A stretch of DNA of 64,000 nt from Lepidodermella squamata (Eukaryota > Animalia > Gastrotricha). The translations under genes and the position numbers were made by a program. Of the stretch, positions 21,111-34,051 are shown piece by piece; position 1 is the stretch's first letter, and each line of letters opens with the position of its first letter. Under the pieces are notes generated by a model that saw nothing but the letters and a program-made list of their open reading frames with translations, did no database searches and was not told where the DNA came from. The stretch lies in contig JBLDXI010000042.1 in the NCBI GenBank assembly GCA_047495785.1, forward strand, positions 310,001 through 374,000, written 5' to 3'.

Positions 21111-24100
21111 TTAGGATATTACTACTACTGGACGGTCATAAATTCGAGGGCTAGCACTCAAAATGAAAGATTTATTTTTTCGCCAAACTGGCCAAGGGAA
21201 ACTAATTCTGGACAATGAAGCAATGAACGAGGCACTACGGTCAATCAAAGCGCAGGTGAATAAATTAGTTGCTGGGTTATATAGGTGTTCGATAGGAGAA
21301 AGGCGGACAAATAGTTCATTATGTGGATGTTTTAGGATAATAGCGGAAATTTCAAAAAAATCGAGTTCACAACCATTCGCAAAAACAACATCGCCCGGGG
21401 CGAATAACACACCGCGCCAAGTGACAGATTTTATTGTAGAGTGATCTACACCAGAGAAATCTTCATCGCAGACATCAGGAATCACCTCGCCGATCGCCTC
21501 AACCTCTTTGAATTCGCTGACGTCACTGCAGAACTGCACGAGGCGATAGGACAGAAATTCCGAAACTGAGTACGGCAGGTTAACAAAATTGTTCCACGGC
21601 CGATTAGCAATTGCTGCATAAGTGGCTTCCCACCTGAATAATTACAAGAAAGGATTCATGATAAAAATGCACATTTTGGTAACAACAAGTTACTCTTGCA
21701 AACTATCAAAAAAATTGTTAACCTAATAAAATTGCGTACCTCAGCGTCCAATAGTTGCGAGCGGGACCGAAAAGCGTCATTTGTTGGGTGAAATGCAGGC
21801 ACCAGTGATGTTTCGCCGTTTGCGAATCGTCGGGATAGGCGATTTGAAAATATTTGTGGTGATCCGTAGCCAAAATCTGGATAATTAATTTATTTAATTT
21901 AATTTATTTAAGACTCATATTCCCGAAATTTTGAAGAATTTCAATCAAAAGGAAGGTTCAATCAAAATTCAATGAAAAATTTGAAATCTAAAAATTTCAA
22001 TCAAATTTCAATCAAAAATCTAAAAATCTAAAAATTTAAAAATTCCAATCAAAATTCAAAAAGGAAATGGAGGTGACGTTCTGGCGTATTAAAGAAGTTA
22101 CAATATAAATCTAATGATTTCGCTATACCATCAAACCGTAAGCTTCAAAATTTAAATTTAAAAAATTTGAAAATGATTTAATTTTTGAATATTTTTTGAG
22201 AAATATTTAAGATTTCTTAAAATTGGAAAAATTTAATTTTAAAATATTTTCTCATTTTGCCGCAAGATTGAATTGAATCACAAAAATATACTCACCTCAT
22301 ATTGCCGAATCGACTTCGCATCGATGACTGGGGACAGAACCAGCTGAACCATAAATATCAGCGTCATCAGCGAAACGTGGTGGATGTCGTTTCTTGGCAC
22401 GATGCCATCAAGAATCAAGGGTAGATAGAGCATGAGGACCAAGTGCTCCATTCCCTTTCCAATCGGGGCGTAGTCGGTGCGTTTCACCGATGGCATGCGA
22501 TGTTTCTTCAAGAACGGCTTGAAAGTTGAGATTTTAGTCATCAACGCTTTGTAAGACAATAATTTCGCCTCGGTAATGAGCCATTTGAAGAGCAGTCGCA
22601 GTTCCTTGATGCAAATGCCCTGATTAAAATAAAATAAAAAACTTTTATAGCAAAAGCCAATATATTTTTTCATCAAATTAACCGACTTATAAAATTTGAA
22701 ATTTGAAAAAAAATAAAGATTAATTTTGAAACTAACATCTAGTTTTAAAATTAATTTTTTTAAAACTCCTTACCTGAAGGAAAATGTGAAACGCATCGAA
22801 AAGGTGCTGCCTGAAGGAAACTGAATTTGCGAACGTTGAAGAGAGCACTGCGAAAATGAAGACAGAACAGGCTTCTCAATTTTTCGCGCTCAACCACATT
22901 TTTAGTCCGCTCAATTTTTTGCAGTTGGGCCAAAACAATTCCACGCGTGCGGACGAATTTGTCGGCCTTTGAGACACCCTCTAAAATTTAATTAATCACC
23001 AATCAAATTAATTCTAATTATCTAAGACAGTACTTACTTATTTGCTTCCCGCTGATCATGCATTGGCTGCATAAAGATTTGATATGAACGGAGAATGATC
23101 CATACAAGCCCAGAATTTCGTTACAGGCTTTCCCATCGCCGAGAACACCGAGAAATCGAACGCCCACTCGGACTTTGCATCCAGGTAATTCAATGCCGTC
23201 CTTGTACAACTTTTCCATTCCAGTCAGGAAGTCGTCTAATATTAGAAGCCACGGTTTGTCACCGCCCAAAATGAAGTCCTTCGCATTGGCAACGGCGATT
23301 GGTATATGCGACGAAATTTTGCTCCGAAATTGCGGATGACAATTAGCGAGTTCGATTTGAAAAATCCGCATTTGGTACGAACCCCGCTTTGCTCCTAAAA
23401 CGAGACCAGAAATTTGCTACATTCACAATTTCAACAGATGGAATGAAAATCGCAATTTGATTCAGTTTTCTCAACACGCAATTCTCAAATTTTCAAACTA
23501 GCAAAATCGAAATTTAAAATTTAAAATAATTAAAATAATTAAAAATTAAAATTATTTAAAAATTATTTTCATTAAATTTCCGAATTTTCCGAATTTTTCT
23601 AATTTAACTTTTGATGAACTTAAATTTAATAATTATTTTGAATTTTTGGAATATTGTTGAATATTTTTAGATTTTCTAAATTTTATGGAATATTAAACAA
23701 TTTTTACCTTGTGCATTGGTGAGACCGAGATCGTCGAGATGGAATAGAATAAAAATGACGTGTTCGAAGCCCGATGATTCTCTCAGCTCCTTGGCGAAAT
23801 CCGCATGAATAAAATCGGTTAGAATACCGTCGCCAGGCGCCACAGGTGGCTCGAATATTTGAGTTTGAACTGATGGGACTTTAAGCACAGCAGTCAAGGT
23901 TGGAAGGAAGGGCATATAATAACCCTTTCGACCATAACCGAAGTCAACTTCTTGCGGTTTAATGCGCTGGCCAGTCGCCTCGAAGTAACGATTTCGGCTG
24001 CGCTCAGTAGCCAATGGCGTCAGAACTCGAGCTGAATCCATTTGTCCGTATATACGGAATTGATTTACACGGCCAGCAACATATTCATCAATATCGCGAA

Positions 24101-24572
24101 TTTGTTGGCCTCGCATGCGCATCTTCAAACAATCCTTCAATACATCGTTAAAATTCGCCTCGTCGCGACTGGCCTGTTCAGTGAGACGAACTTCCTGGTA
24201 ACGAATAGATCGGTCGGCATGTTCGACGCGAGCTTTCTTCTGCGGAATAGGCGGTTGAGTAACGAAAATCGGAATTTCCGGCTCCGAAACATTCGAAACA
24301 TGCGACGATGCAACAGCGCTACATGATCTTATCGGCGCGCTACATGAAGCGACATGTTCTTTGAAATGTTTCATATGCAAAATTGGCCCATGATGACAGT
24401 CCCTCGGGCATAAAAACGTCTGCGGCTGGCGCGATTTCAAAATTTCGTGATGCAGGGTTTTAAAATGCTCCTCGAAATCATTCATTACGGACGAGAAAAA
24501 ACCACAGCCGCTAACTGGACAACGAAATAAGACATCAGGATCAGGCCGCCTTCTCTTCTTAGCTTGACTCAT
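21111..24572 (-). pseudogene. CMC/EnSpm-type transposase, 6 exons, one apparent +1 frameshift
   Basis: Exons 24572-23708, 23394-23038, 22980-22774, 22619-22296, 21876-21740, 21633-21111. N-terminal C2H2-like fingers; motifs HLDD...NAQG, ELAN...RSK, GD...GLYGSF..CSQC, DAFHIFLQG, KHH..LH...FGP...WTLRWE, NFVN. One extra base, probably in the A-run at 22799-22802. Confidence 0.85.
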
Positions 24573-27529
24573 GCTAGTTAAATTTCTAAAAAAATTTAGA
24601 ATTTAAATTAAGTTTTTAAATTTGACTCATGCTAGTTTTATGTATTTTCGCAAATTTGACATTCGAAAAAGGGCAGAGCACTACACCTAATAACGTATAA
24701 AAATAAATCAATATAAAACAACTTTAAAACAACGCTAAAAAAAAATGCGAAAAAAATAATAAAAAGACAAGGGCTGTGTTAATATAATTACAGCGTGTCC
24801 CATAAGTAACGCAAACAAAGAAAATTCACGGAAAAGGGTTAAGAAGCTCTAAAATGAGAGACGTAGTCACATGCCATAGCCAGAAAATTAGAAAAAAATG
24901 ACGGGAATAATAATCAAGTAATGGGATTAAAAAGTGTGGTGAAATTTGGTCTAACTGGGTAAAATACCGGAAGTAACCGAACAAGTTACCATCGGGGTTT
25001 TCCGGGAATAAGTTTTCCGGCGGAATAAGGTGAAAGGTCAAAAATAATTTTTTTATCAATTTTATAAAATTAATTTTATTGATAAAACAATTTAGCAAGC
25101 ATAAAATGCTGCAGCTGAAATAACTTCGAGCACTACACCTAATAACGTATAAAAATAAAACACAAAACTTAACGCTAAAAAACAATGCGAAAAAAATAAT
25201 CTGAAATTATTTACACCATGAAAGTAAATGTCCTAAACTTTTGAACGTGAAAACTAGGCGCTGCCGGCGAATTGAGCCTGCATGAACACATTAGCATAAC
25301 ATTTCGGGAATGAAGCTATGAAAAAATGCCGCAATTCAACATGTTGATAAACCTGCCAGCTTAAAAAATGGAAACATGAGCAATTATGCCTAGGACGCTG
25401 CAACCTAAAAATAAAAAGAACCGTTAACGGTTCATGAATAATGACATTCAACACGGGGAACTGGAAAGTTTGAAAAATAATTTGCTGTAGTGAGAAACTG
25501 CCTACAAAGAATGACATTATTGACATAAAATAAGGGGTAAAATCAAGGCTGGTCGGGAGACTTTTGAAAATGAAGAAAAATAATACGGACACATCGCGCG
25601 AGGCCGGCGAGTGGTATAGGGTCAAATAATACGAAAGTGGAAATTATTGCGTGTAATAAAAAGTCGCCGCTGCCGCCGGAGACAACAATATTGAGGTGTT
25701 GGCTGCGACGTCCAATCAAGCTCCGCCTACTTTTTGGGCGCCAAAATTTAAATTTCGCGCCTAGATTTTTCGCTCGATAACAGAACGACGGCGCGGTCGA
25801 AGTGGGCGGGCCAACAGACGCACTTTTTCACGGTCCGTGATTTTACACCTCGGCTATTTCGAACGTGTCCTCGCACCGCAACTTCACTCGCACACGTGTC
25901 GCGACCGCGCCACGGGATACCCGAACACTTCACTTCTTTCAATCCAGGTGCCAATTACTAGCACCAGCTGAATAAGACGGCGGCGATTATATTTTATTAA
26001 ATACACTCAGTTCAAGTATCATGACAACGTCATTTATTAGTCATTATCTAACCCGTTGGCTTCATCTGTGGACAATTTAACACCACCATGATTAATCGTC
26101 AAGGATCAACGCCGTCAATAATCTATCATGTAAATAAAATCATGAAATGAAAATAGCAAAAACGATGTAAAAAATGAAGGCGGTAATAAGGGCACGCAGA
26201 GACTACACTGCGTTGACAGCTTTGGCGCTGGTTGCATCACAAAGGCGAGCCGCCGCGCGGTCACACTCAAAGGCGCCGCGCAGTCAACGGCGCGCCGGTT
26301 ATCTGCTCGCACTTTTAAAAATTTCAGGCTTCAAACAGTGCAGGCCAAGTTTGAATACTTTACACTGTTTTTTTCATGTATCTTCACACTTTTTACACGA
26401 AATCATTGCTTTTCATCATTTAATTTCAGGATGCGGATTTTTATATCATGAAGTTAGTAATCAGGTAGGTTATTTGGCCGGGCGGTGCCCCAGCCATCTG
26501 CCATTTCTACGCTTTACACTTTTCCCCTTTTACATCTTTTCACGTCATTTCCGTCGAATTTCCATCAAATATTCGTTATTCGATAAATAAATCATTTATA
26601 CGGTTTTCCAGCTGCTAAAGGTTTGTTCTAAAGTGCGATTAACCATTGAAAACTTGAAAATAACTTCACTTTTAATAAATCTTTCTCCTTCATCTGCACA
26701 CTGTCAGTCAAGTTCTGTACACCGCGTAACAGCGTAATTAACACGCACGCATAATTGATATATGGGTGTTAGTCGCGCAGTAATAAGTCGCGCAGTGGGT
26801 GTTAATAACAATGCAAAACTTCACACACCTATTTATTGCACACGCGAGTTCAGTGTGCGCGATTATACGAAAATGAAATTCTTTATTGCGATCGAACATT
26901 AAACATTGCGATCGAAAATATGTTTATAAATATTTCATAAAATTAGACGTTAGAGTTCTTTTAACAGCGTGAAAATAGCTAATTGTTGTTGTCACGCAGG
27001 CAAAATCCAATATGCGCGAAAAATCTGCAAAATGAAAAATTAAAATTTCGTGCGCGAGTTAATTAGCAATAAAAATGATAAATAATTCTTATATAAAAAA
27101 AACAAATCGGCTGCCCGCCGCGCGAAAAATGTGGCGAAGACAACATTTTGAAATTACAAATTTTTGACAATCATCGGAAAAATAAATCAGGGGTGCGAAA
27201 AATGCGAAAATGTCGCACCTGGTGCGCGGGAAATTCGGCCGCGCCGCGAAAAGTTTTTGAAAAATTACAATAAATTGCAGGAAAATTTGCTCAAAATTAG
27301 CGGGAAATTTACGGGAGGTTTTGCAGCCCTGAAATAAATAATAAAATAAATGTGGTGAATATGAAAACGACGACGATGATGAAAAAGGGCCTGGATACGA
27401 TTCGAAAAAAATGTTAAAATGACGGTGTAATGTTGCGCAACAGACCGTGAACCGGTGCGCAGATCGACCAATAGGAAAATGGATATAAAATATGCGTATT
27501 TAACAGTGGCGCAAAGCGCGTTACCTGAT

Positions 27530-27755
27530 CAACAGAAAATACGCGAATGAAACGGTGAAAAATATGCGTCACATCAACTCGAATAATGCGCGTATAAATT
27601 GAGTGAAATTACGCGCCTCTTTCCTGACCAAATAATACGCGCATTTTAGAGCGCGATAAAACTGACGCGCATCTTTGTCAGAAAACACGCGCATTATTTT
27701 ATAACTACGAATTCGCGCATCTTTTCAAATGATACGCGCATTTTGCGTCTCAGTG
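27530..27755. repeat. Right subterminal repeats and TIR of the CMC element
   Basis: Several (a/t)cgcgca(t)-type motifs ending in tgcgtctcagtg. Confidence 0.85.
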
Positions 27756-28403
27756 TAGATCCAGCTCTGAGGGGGTAAATCGAGCATTTTAAATTCAAAA
27801 TTTGCAAATCAACAGGGGGACCCTTGCGCATTTCAGAAATTTTCGAAGGCCAGGGGGGCTTTCACGGCTCTCTTGCAGGGAGACTCAAAATTTACGAGAC
27901 AAGCACCGATTTCGAATTTCGATATCAAAATATGCCTTCATGAGAATACAGGAACACACACTCCCTCTCTCTCTCTCTCTAGTGAAACAAGATTTGAATG
28001 TTTTTCAACAAAAAACCTAGTGATTTGGTTGCTAATGAAAGTTTTATGTTTTTTTAAATTGAAAAATGAAACATTACAATAAAAAATGTGTTAACGTTTA
28101 CCCCATCGCAGGCTCAACTGCGGGCTCAAGGCTCAATTAATACTTTAAGGTTCGCCGAAAAGGGGATGACCAGTGTACACCCCAGCTCGGCCAGGCCGCA
28201 AATTTAGTCCGCTGTTGAAAAATCAATAGGTCGGAAAATCGCTTTTGCCCTTGTTGATCTTTCCGGCTCTAACCGTAGCACCTGGAGGCTTTTAATATTT
28301 ATTTTCAAATTATCCGTGCTTGCTATAGTGAAGAAATAATCTTTTAGAGAAATGATATCCACAGAATCTCAGTCAATTGGTGATGGAACTGGACCGAGCG
28401 GCC

Positions 28404-30246
28404 TCAACTGTGGCAGTCATCTTGGTGGCTGCTGGCTGCGACGATGCCCGCTTGCGCTCGTCTAATCTGGGCTATCAGAGCTTTTAATTGCACTTTACTT
28501 ACTTTGCCAAAGTAATAATAATGCTCGCGGGATGATCTGAACGCAATTAATCCGACGAGGCTACCATCTCCTACCACCACGTAGGCGGCTGGCTGCAAAA
28601 TGCATACACACTTGAGTGGGAAGACACGCACGAAGAGAGTCGCCACCTCCACTCCGCAGTAATTTCCGTCGCCCTCCAAAAAAGTTGCTATAAAGCGAAT
28701 ACTCATTTACGAAAGCTGAAGCTGGTTACAGTTAAATCAGTTACCGAATGCTTCCACTGTCATCACTTTCTTTTCGATTACATGAACCATGCCATCATCA
28801 TCTGCGGTAATGAGTTCTGGGTGTTGCCGTGCGTATTTTGCAAGTTTCTTTCTTGCAGCCATGACATTATCCTTAGTGACTTTTCGTTTGACAAGATGAA
28901 GCAGCGCCCAAATCATGCAATTACTAAAGTATCATATATGTTGTTTAGATGTCAAAAATTATTGAGTTATGATTTATCACCCGTCACCAGGAACATCTTT
29001 TAACTTGAGGCCGTATTGCTCGCAATCGGTAACGAAGCGTTGCCAAGCTTGCTCATCAGGTGGAGGGGTCGGTGGCCGTGGAACTGGCAGAGTCAACGGC
29101 GCTACTGAAGCCGGAGCAGGATGGCTAGCTATGGACATAGGAGGCATAACAGAGGCAGGTCTGGGAGGAATTGCTGAGCCAGTCGAAGGAGGCAAAATAG
29201 GAGTACAGAGTGGTCTGAAAAACAGTGAAGAATGCGCATTTTCTCAAATAATTGCGTTTTCAGTTAATGATCACCAGGCTAATCAATCTTTTCAATCTAT
29301 TGTTTATCTTCAACTAATGGCGCACATCTGATTAGCCGATATCGAGAGAAAAATGAAAATCAATCCTAATAATTCCGGTCAAGATTTTCGCGCGGATTTT
29401 CAAGTCACGAAATCTTAACAAAGAAAATGTCCCAGGTTCTCCCCAAGTTCCCCCAAGTTCAGCAAAACCTTACAAAGGCTCTTCACATTCTTATTTCTGC
29501 CGAACAATTCAAATCAAGAATTCGCACGCTGAGTTTTTAAAGACAGTTGCCCTGAAGCTTACTTGAGCAGAGATACTAAATCCTTTCTATTGTTCAGTCG
29601 CGCCAAATCTAAAGCAGTTTGGTTCGAATGGTTTCTCCGCTTGACATCAACCGCGCTTGAATTCTTGAGCAGCTTAACAATGTCTCGACGGCCAGCCTGA
29701 GCCGCTAGCATGAAAGCTGTATTCCCCTCGTTGTCGGCCAAATCGATTGTAATCATTTTCTTTTCATGTAATATCAACAGCTCAATCACGCATCCTACGT
29801 GCCCGTTAGTACAAGCTTCGTGAAGCGCCGTTCGCCCCGCTGCGTTTTTCTTATCCGCCAAGGCTTTGACGGCGAAAAAGCCGTCGCGTCCCCGGCTATT
29901 TTCAAATCCGAATTTAGCCTTTAGTAATTCCTCCAGAACAACGTGAAAGCCCTGTCGACAACACACGTGGATACACGTATCGCCCTCTGACACATGATTC
30001 ATTTGACCCATCAACTGCGAACTCCATTGATAGTCGAGGAGACCTAGGCTTTGCTGCCGTTCACGGGTATGCCATAAAGTGATACTCAGGCCTGAATCAA
30101 GACCTATGAGGCAGGCTTCGAAAAATGACTAGAAAAATGTGATGTCATGGTTGAAAATTCGTCCAGGAATGTGGGCGAACCTTGCAAGTTTCTTTCATCC
30201 ATTCGTCTCGCTGTTTTGTAGCAGCCTTGCGTTCGCGTTTCGCTGT
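28404..30246 (-). CDS. Ankyrin-repeat + Pro-rich linker + OTU cysteine protease (deubiquitinase-like) exons
   Basis: Exons 30246-30181, 30128-29563 (GRTALHEAC, GNTAFMLAA, TALDLA), 29214-28981, 28923-28745 and 28687-28404 join in phase. Splicing assembles DVPGDGNCMIWAL, and REHY lies in the last exon. Confidence 0.75.
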
Positions 30247-30503
30247 CTAGTGGAAAATACGACATATGACACGGCAACAGTTCGAGGCCTCAGAGACACA
30301 CAATCCTCATAATTCGGATTAGTTTAGAAAATAGTAAAGATCTGACGCTTACGATCCTCCCAATCATAGACAACTCTATACAGATCGGAAACGAGCGATG
30401 AGTCTCATGAGACGGTTTTTTTCTAACTTTTTTAAAATTATCTCAAAGTCGGTCACTTTTACGAAAAATCGCCATTTCAAGAGTCTTTCATGACGGTAAA
30501 ATT

Positions 30504-30859
30504 TTTCATTTTAAGCCGAAAAATTCCGAGAAAATACTATGATCTTATTCGATTTTTGCTCTATCCAAACATATAAAAGTTCTCTATCCAAGAGCGAATC
30601 AGAATTTTGTTGAATTTCGCGAAATTTGCATTCGCTTGATAATACTTTGAGCGAGCTATAAATAGCTACAAAAAACATAATAGCTATTTTTAGATTTAGC
30701 AGTATCATGAAAAATCCCAATATTACAAGTCCGAAAATTTCGCAAAATTAGAAACAAATTCTGATTCGCTCTTGGATAGAGAAGTTGTATATGTTTGGAT
30801 AGAGCAAAAATCGAATGAGATCGTAGTATTTTCTCGGAATTTTTCGGCTTAAAATGAAA
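30504..30859. repeat. Long inverted repeat / foldback MITE (~120-bp arms)
   Basis: tttcattttaagccgaaaaattccgagaaaatacta... is reverse-complemented at ~30735-30859. Confidence 0.8.
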
Positions 30860-31218
30860 CTCAGTCGATAGAGGAGCGCTTCTAGTATTCCGGTAAATTT
30901 GTTTCATTTGAGCCATGTGCGCCTAGTAAAATTCTTGTAATTCGAATTCTATTTTTCATTCTCAATCGTAAAGAATTTTGTGCTTACATGAGCTTACTAG
31001 CGCGAATAAATTGATCGACAAGTTTGAGGATGTGGAAAAACGGAAAAGAATTGGAATGACGAGCTATCTTAGGAATTCATTCCTTGAGAGGTTTAGGAGC
31101 GTCTTTCAGTTGGAAATCTTCACAATTTTCTCGCTTCGCTCGCTTATTGGTGGAAATGACTAGTCATTTTGGCAAATACAGCAAATACAATGTTTCCCTC
31201 CCTGGAAGCTCCGCGATC

Positions 31219-31383
31219 CAGTGAGCGAGTAGGATTCTGGAGCTGAGGTGTTTTCTACTTGTTTTCGAGGACCCAGCCAAAGAAACCAAAGGTTCCCCCT
31301 GTGGGCTTTTTCAGCATTCTTCTGATTGGAGTCCCGAAGCTGGGGTGTTGCGACACCTAGCACGCCTTGTACTTCGCACCCTG
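31219..31383. mobile_element. MITE family with CAG(T/G)GTGCGAAGTA-type ends; related copies at ~42248-42385, 51415, 4771-4784 and ~37460-37545
   Basis: Shared internal ttttctacttgttt..cccagcc.aagaaaccaaagg..gtcccg.agctg sequence and inverted ends. Confidence 0.6.
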
Positions 31384-31667
31384 CCGGGATCCAAGATCTT
31401 TGGTGTTAACCCGAAGGTAGGAGGCAATAATTCCTTCTGATCGCTGGGCTCTATAATCGCACAGTAATCGCACAGTTTATAGCTCGCATAAAACGCATAA
31501 AAATGTGGCTTTGCACATGGTGACCTTTCAACCTTGAAATGTTTGAGTTTTGACACTATGGGAGGATGGTAAGTGTCCGACCTGTACCTTTATATATGGT
31601 TGCGTTTGAAAATTTTGTATAAGTTCAGGCTGCTATTTCAACATTGACAGTTTGCATTTATTCTCAC

Positions 31668-33336
31668 CCGAAATTGGCCCATCAACGCATCGATTTCTTC
31701 GTTTGAACGCAGTTTTAGAGCTTCCAACTCCCGCCTTGCTTTTTCAGCCCGAGCAGTCTTGACAGCCAACTGGGTTCTAAGAGCATCAAGCTGCGGAAAA
31801 AAATAGCACTACATATTGAGTTTTAACAAAAGTAGTGAGTCTATACCTTATCATGGTGTCTCCGCATTCGCTGGTGGACGTAGCTGAAATTAGCAGTCAT
31901 CGCTTGTATTTCCGGGACGTTGAAGTAGCCGCAAGTCATGATTTCATTCATCGTGCTACGCTCGCTTTGATTTGTGACCAGAAGCTTGTTAACAATCATA
32001 TCGCGCAACTGCGGGTCTTTGATTTGCAACGGCTGCTGTCCGTTTCGAAGCGCGTCGAAGCTTTACGATGCGAGGAGGTTACAAATTGTTAGTAGGTGTT
32101 AACGAAAGATGTTACTCTTCTTGGTTTATCATGCCAGTCAACTCCATGCGCGCCAAGGAACTTATGCGCCAAGGCAGCTCAAGGGTAGCTAGTTCAGCAG
32201 CGATTATGCCAAACGCCCAGCAATCGACGCGAGCATCAATCGTAAAACCAGCTGTCATGAGGAATCTCTCCGGAGCCATGTAACGGTGCTTGCCAACCAT
32301 CCAGTTTTCGGAGATACGATACTGCGAGCTTTTGGAAAAGAGAACATTTTGATGAAACTTAGGGAGGCAGTGCATTGCAACACGGGGAATCTTTTAATTA
32401 GAAACCCGGCCGTAGCAGGAGGGAAAACACCAAAAAGATCACGGGGGACCTAAATCTCGGCCCTAAAATACCCTATAATTCGAGGATCCTAATTCGAGCC
32501 AAACAAACCACATGCGACCGTCGGTCTGATAAATTCGGCGCTGAAAGCTATTCGCCAAACTATTTATCAGTAGTATGAATGGGCTTACGCTGCTCTCAGC
32601 CTGGCAAGGCCGAAATTCGCGATTTTCAAGCTCGACTTGTCGGTTGTGATGAGAATGTTTTCCGGCTTCAAATCCGAATGAGTGATGCCCATGTCATGGA
32701 TGTAGGCGATAGCGTAGCCCAGCTCAGCTAGCCAACGCTTTAGCAAGTTCGGTTTGAGCTGCTCGCGGTTGTTGGCAATGCGTCTGTTAAGCTCACTCCT
32801 CAAATCACCTCCGCCACAGTACTCGAGTTCCATGATCCAGTAGTCGCCATCTATAAAAGATTGAATATAGCTCTAAAATTATGGGCATAGTAGGATACTC
32901 AAACTAGGGGGTATTTTCGGGTCCTAATTTTATGATTAAGGGGTTCTCCTGTGGTCTTTTTGGTGTTTTCAACCCAGGCCTACCGAACCTGGGGGTATGA
33001 TACCCTTCATTCTCCCAGTACTTCGCGCCTGGTGCATTTAGAGTCTAAAAATTGTGACCTGTTCTCACCTTGAAAAGCATTGTAAATCCTGACGATATTA
33101 GGATGGCTCAACATTCGTAGCGATTGTGATTCCCTCAGCAAATATTTCTCCCGGGCGGCGAAATCTGCGCGTGTAAGTCGCAGCCTCTTGATAGCAACCA
33201 GATGCTTCGCCTCAGCCGGGAAAATGAGCCCATCATTGTGAGCGCCATCTAAGAAACTGCCCAGGAATTCATATTTAATTGCATTCCCTGCCTGACTGTT
33301 GGTAATTGCTACAGGCAAGGCGAAATTCTGCGCCAT
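31668..33336 (-). CDS. Ser/Thr kinase-like (NEK-like, degenerate motifs) followed by a coiled coil; 5 exons
   Basis: Exons 33336-33069, 32850-32589, 32328-32116, 32060-31847 and 31790-31668 in phase: VAIK, HPNIV, MELEYCGGGDL, HSDLKPENIL, IANFG, YMAPE, DCWAFG. Confidence 0.8.
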
Positions 33337-34051
33337 TTTAGACAAAAACTGAATATAAACTGGACACCATCATAAGCTATAGCGAGCCAGATTATTCGGC
33401 ATATCCTAGAAAAATAGGATCTTATCAGTCGAGGCAATGTTGTCGAAATTATATGGGACGCTGTATTTACTGCTAATATTATCTATATCACTACCACTAA
33501 CCACAGCTTATCATTACTTTACATAGTGAGGAACACCAGTCAATTGTGGGCGTCGTCAACAAATCCGGCCCAAACAGCGGTAAATCAGACAAGAAAACAG
33601 GATTTCTAGATAAGAACGGTTTTCTTATAGCTCAATATAGCTCAATATAGCTCATGATAGCTCAAGGAAGAAATTAAGGATGAAATTAAGTCTGGGCTAG
33701 CGCCTCTCCGATGGGCGATGGGACGCATGCGATAGAAATTCAGAAATACGACCCGAATTGCTTATTTGTGATCGGCGGGATATTTTGTAGAAAAGCGTAC
33801 ACAATCGTCCACAACTAAACGAAATATGCCTAAAATAGGCCCAAAATTCGACACGATTATCATATTCGTCTCGAAAAGGTCCCGAAATTTTGATCGAACT
33901 GCATGAAAATTGGAAAGGACTCCTGACTCCTGACCTTGACTAGGAAATAATCTCAGCAATACCTAAGCCTCGTTGAAGTTTGAATATAACGGCCCTTAAA
34001 GAAATTAGTTATTATAGTTTTACTTTGGCGACATATGTTATTGATTACATT

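Larger units (their letters stand above)
7724..27755 (-). mobile_element. CMC/EnSpm (CACTA-like) DNA transposon, ~9.5 kb excluding the nested LTR element
   Basis: TIR CACTGAGACGCA at 7724 and its reverse complement ending at 27755; TA on both flanks (7722-7723, 27756-27757); many ACGCGCAT-like subterminal repeats at both ends; internal EnSpm-type transposase. Confidence 0.88.

Noticed and set aside
25250-27480. Short ORFs in the right arm of the CMC element
   Set aside because: No coherent exon chain or motif could be built.
32061-32115. Apparent stop codons in the kinase (NQEE*)
   Set aside because: They lie in a 55-nt GT-AG intron with a ctaac branch site; splicing restores the frame.
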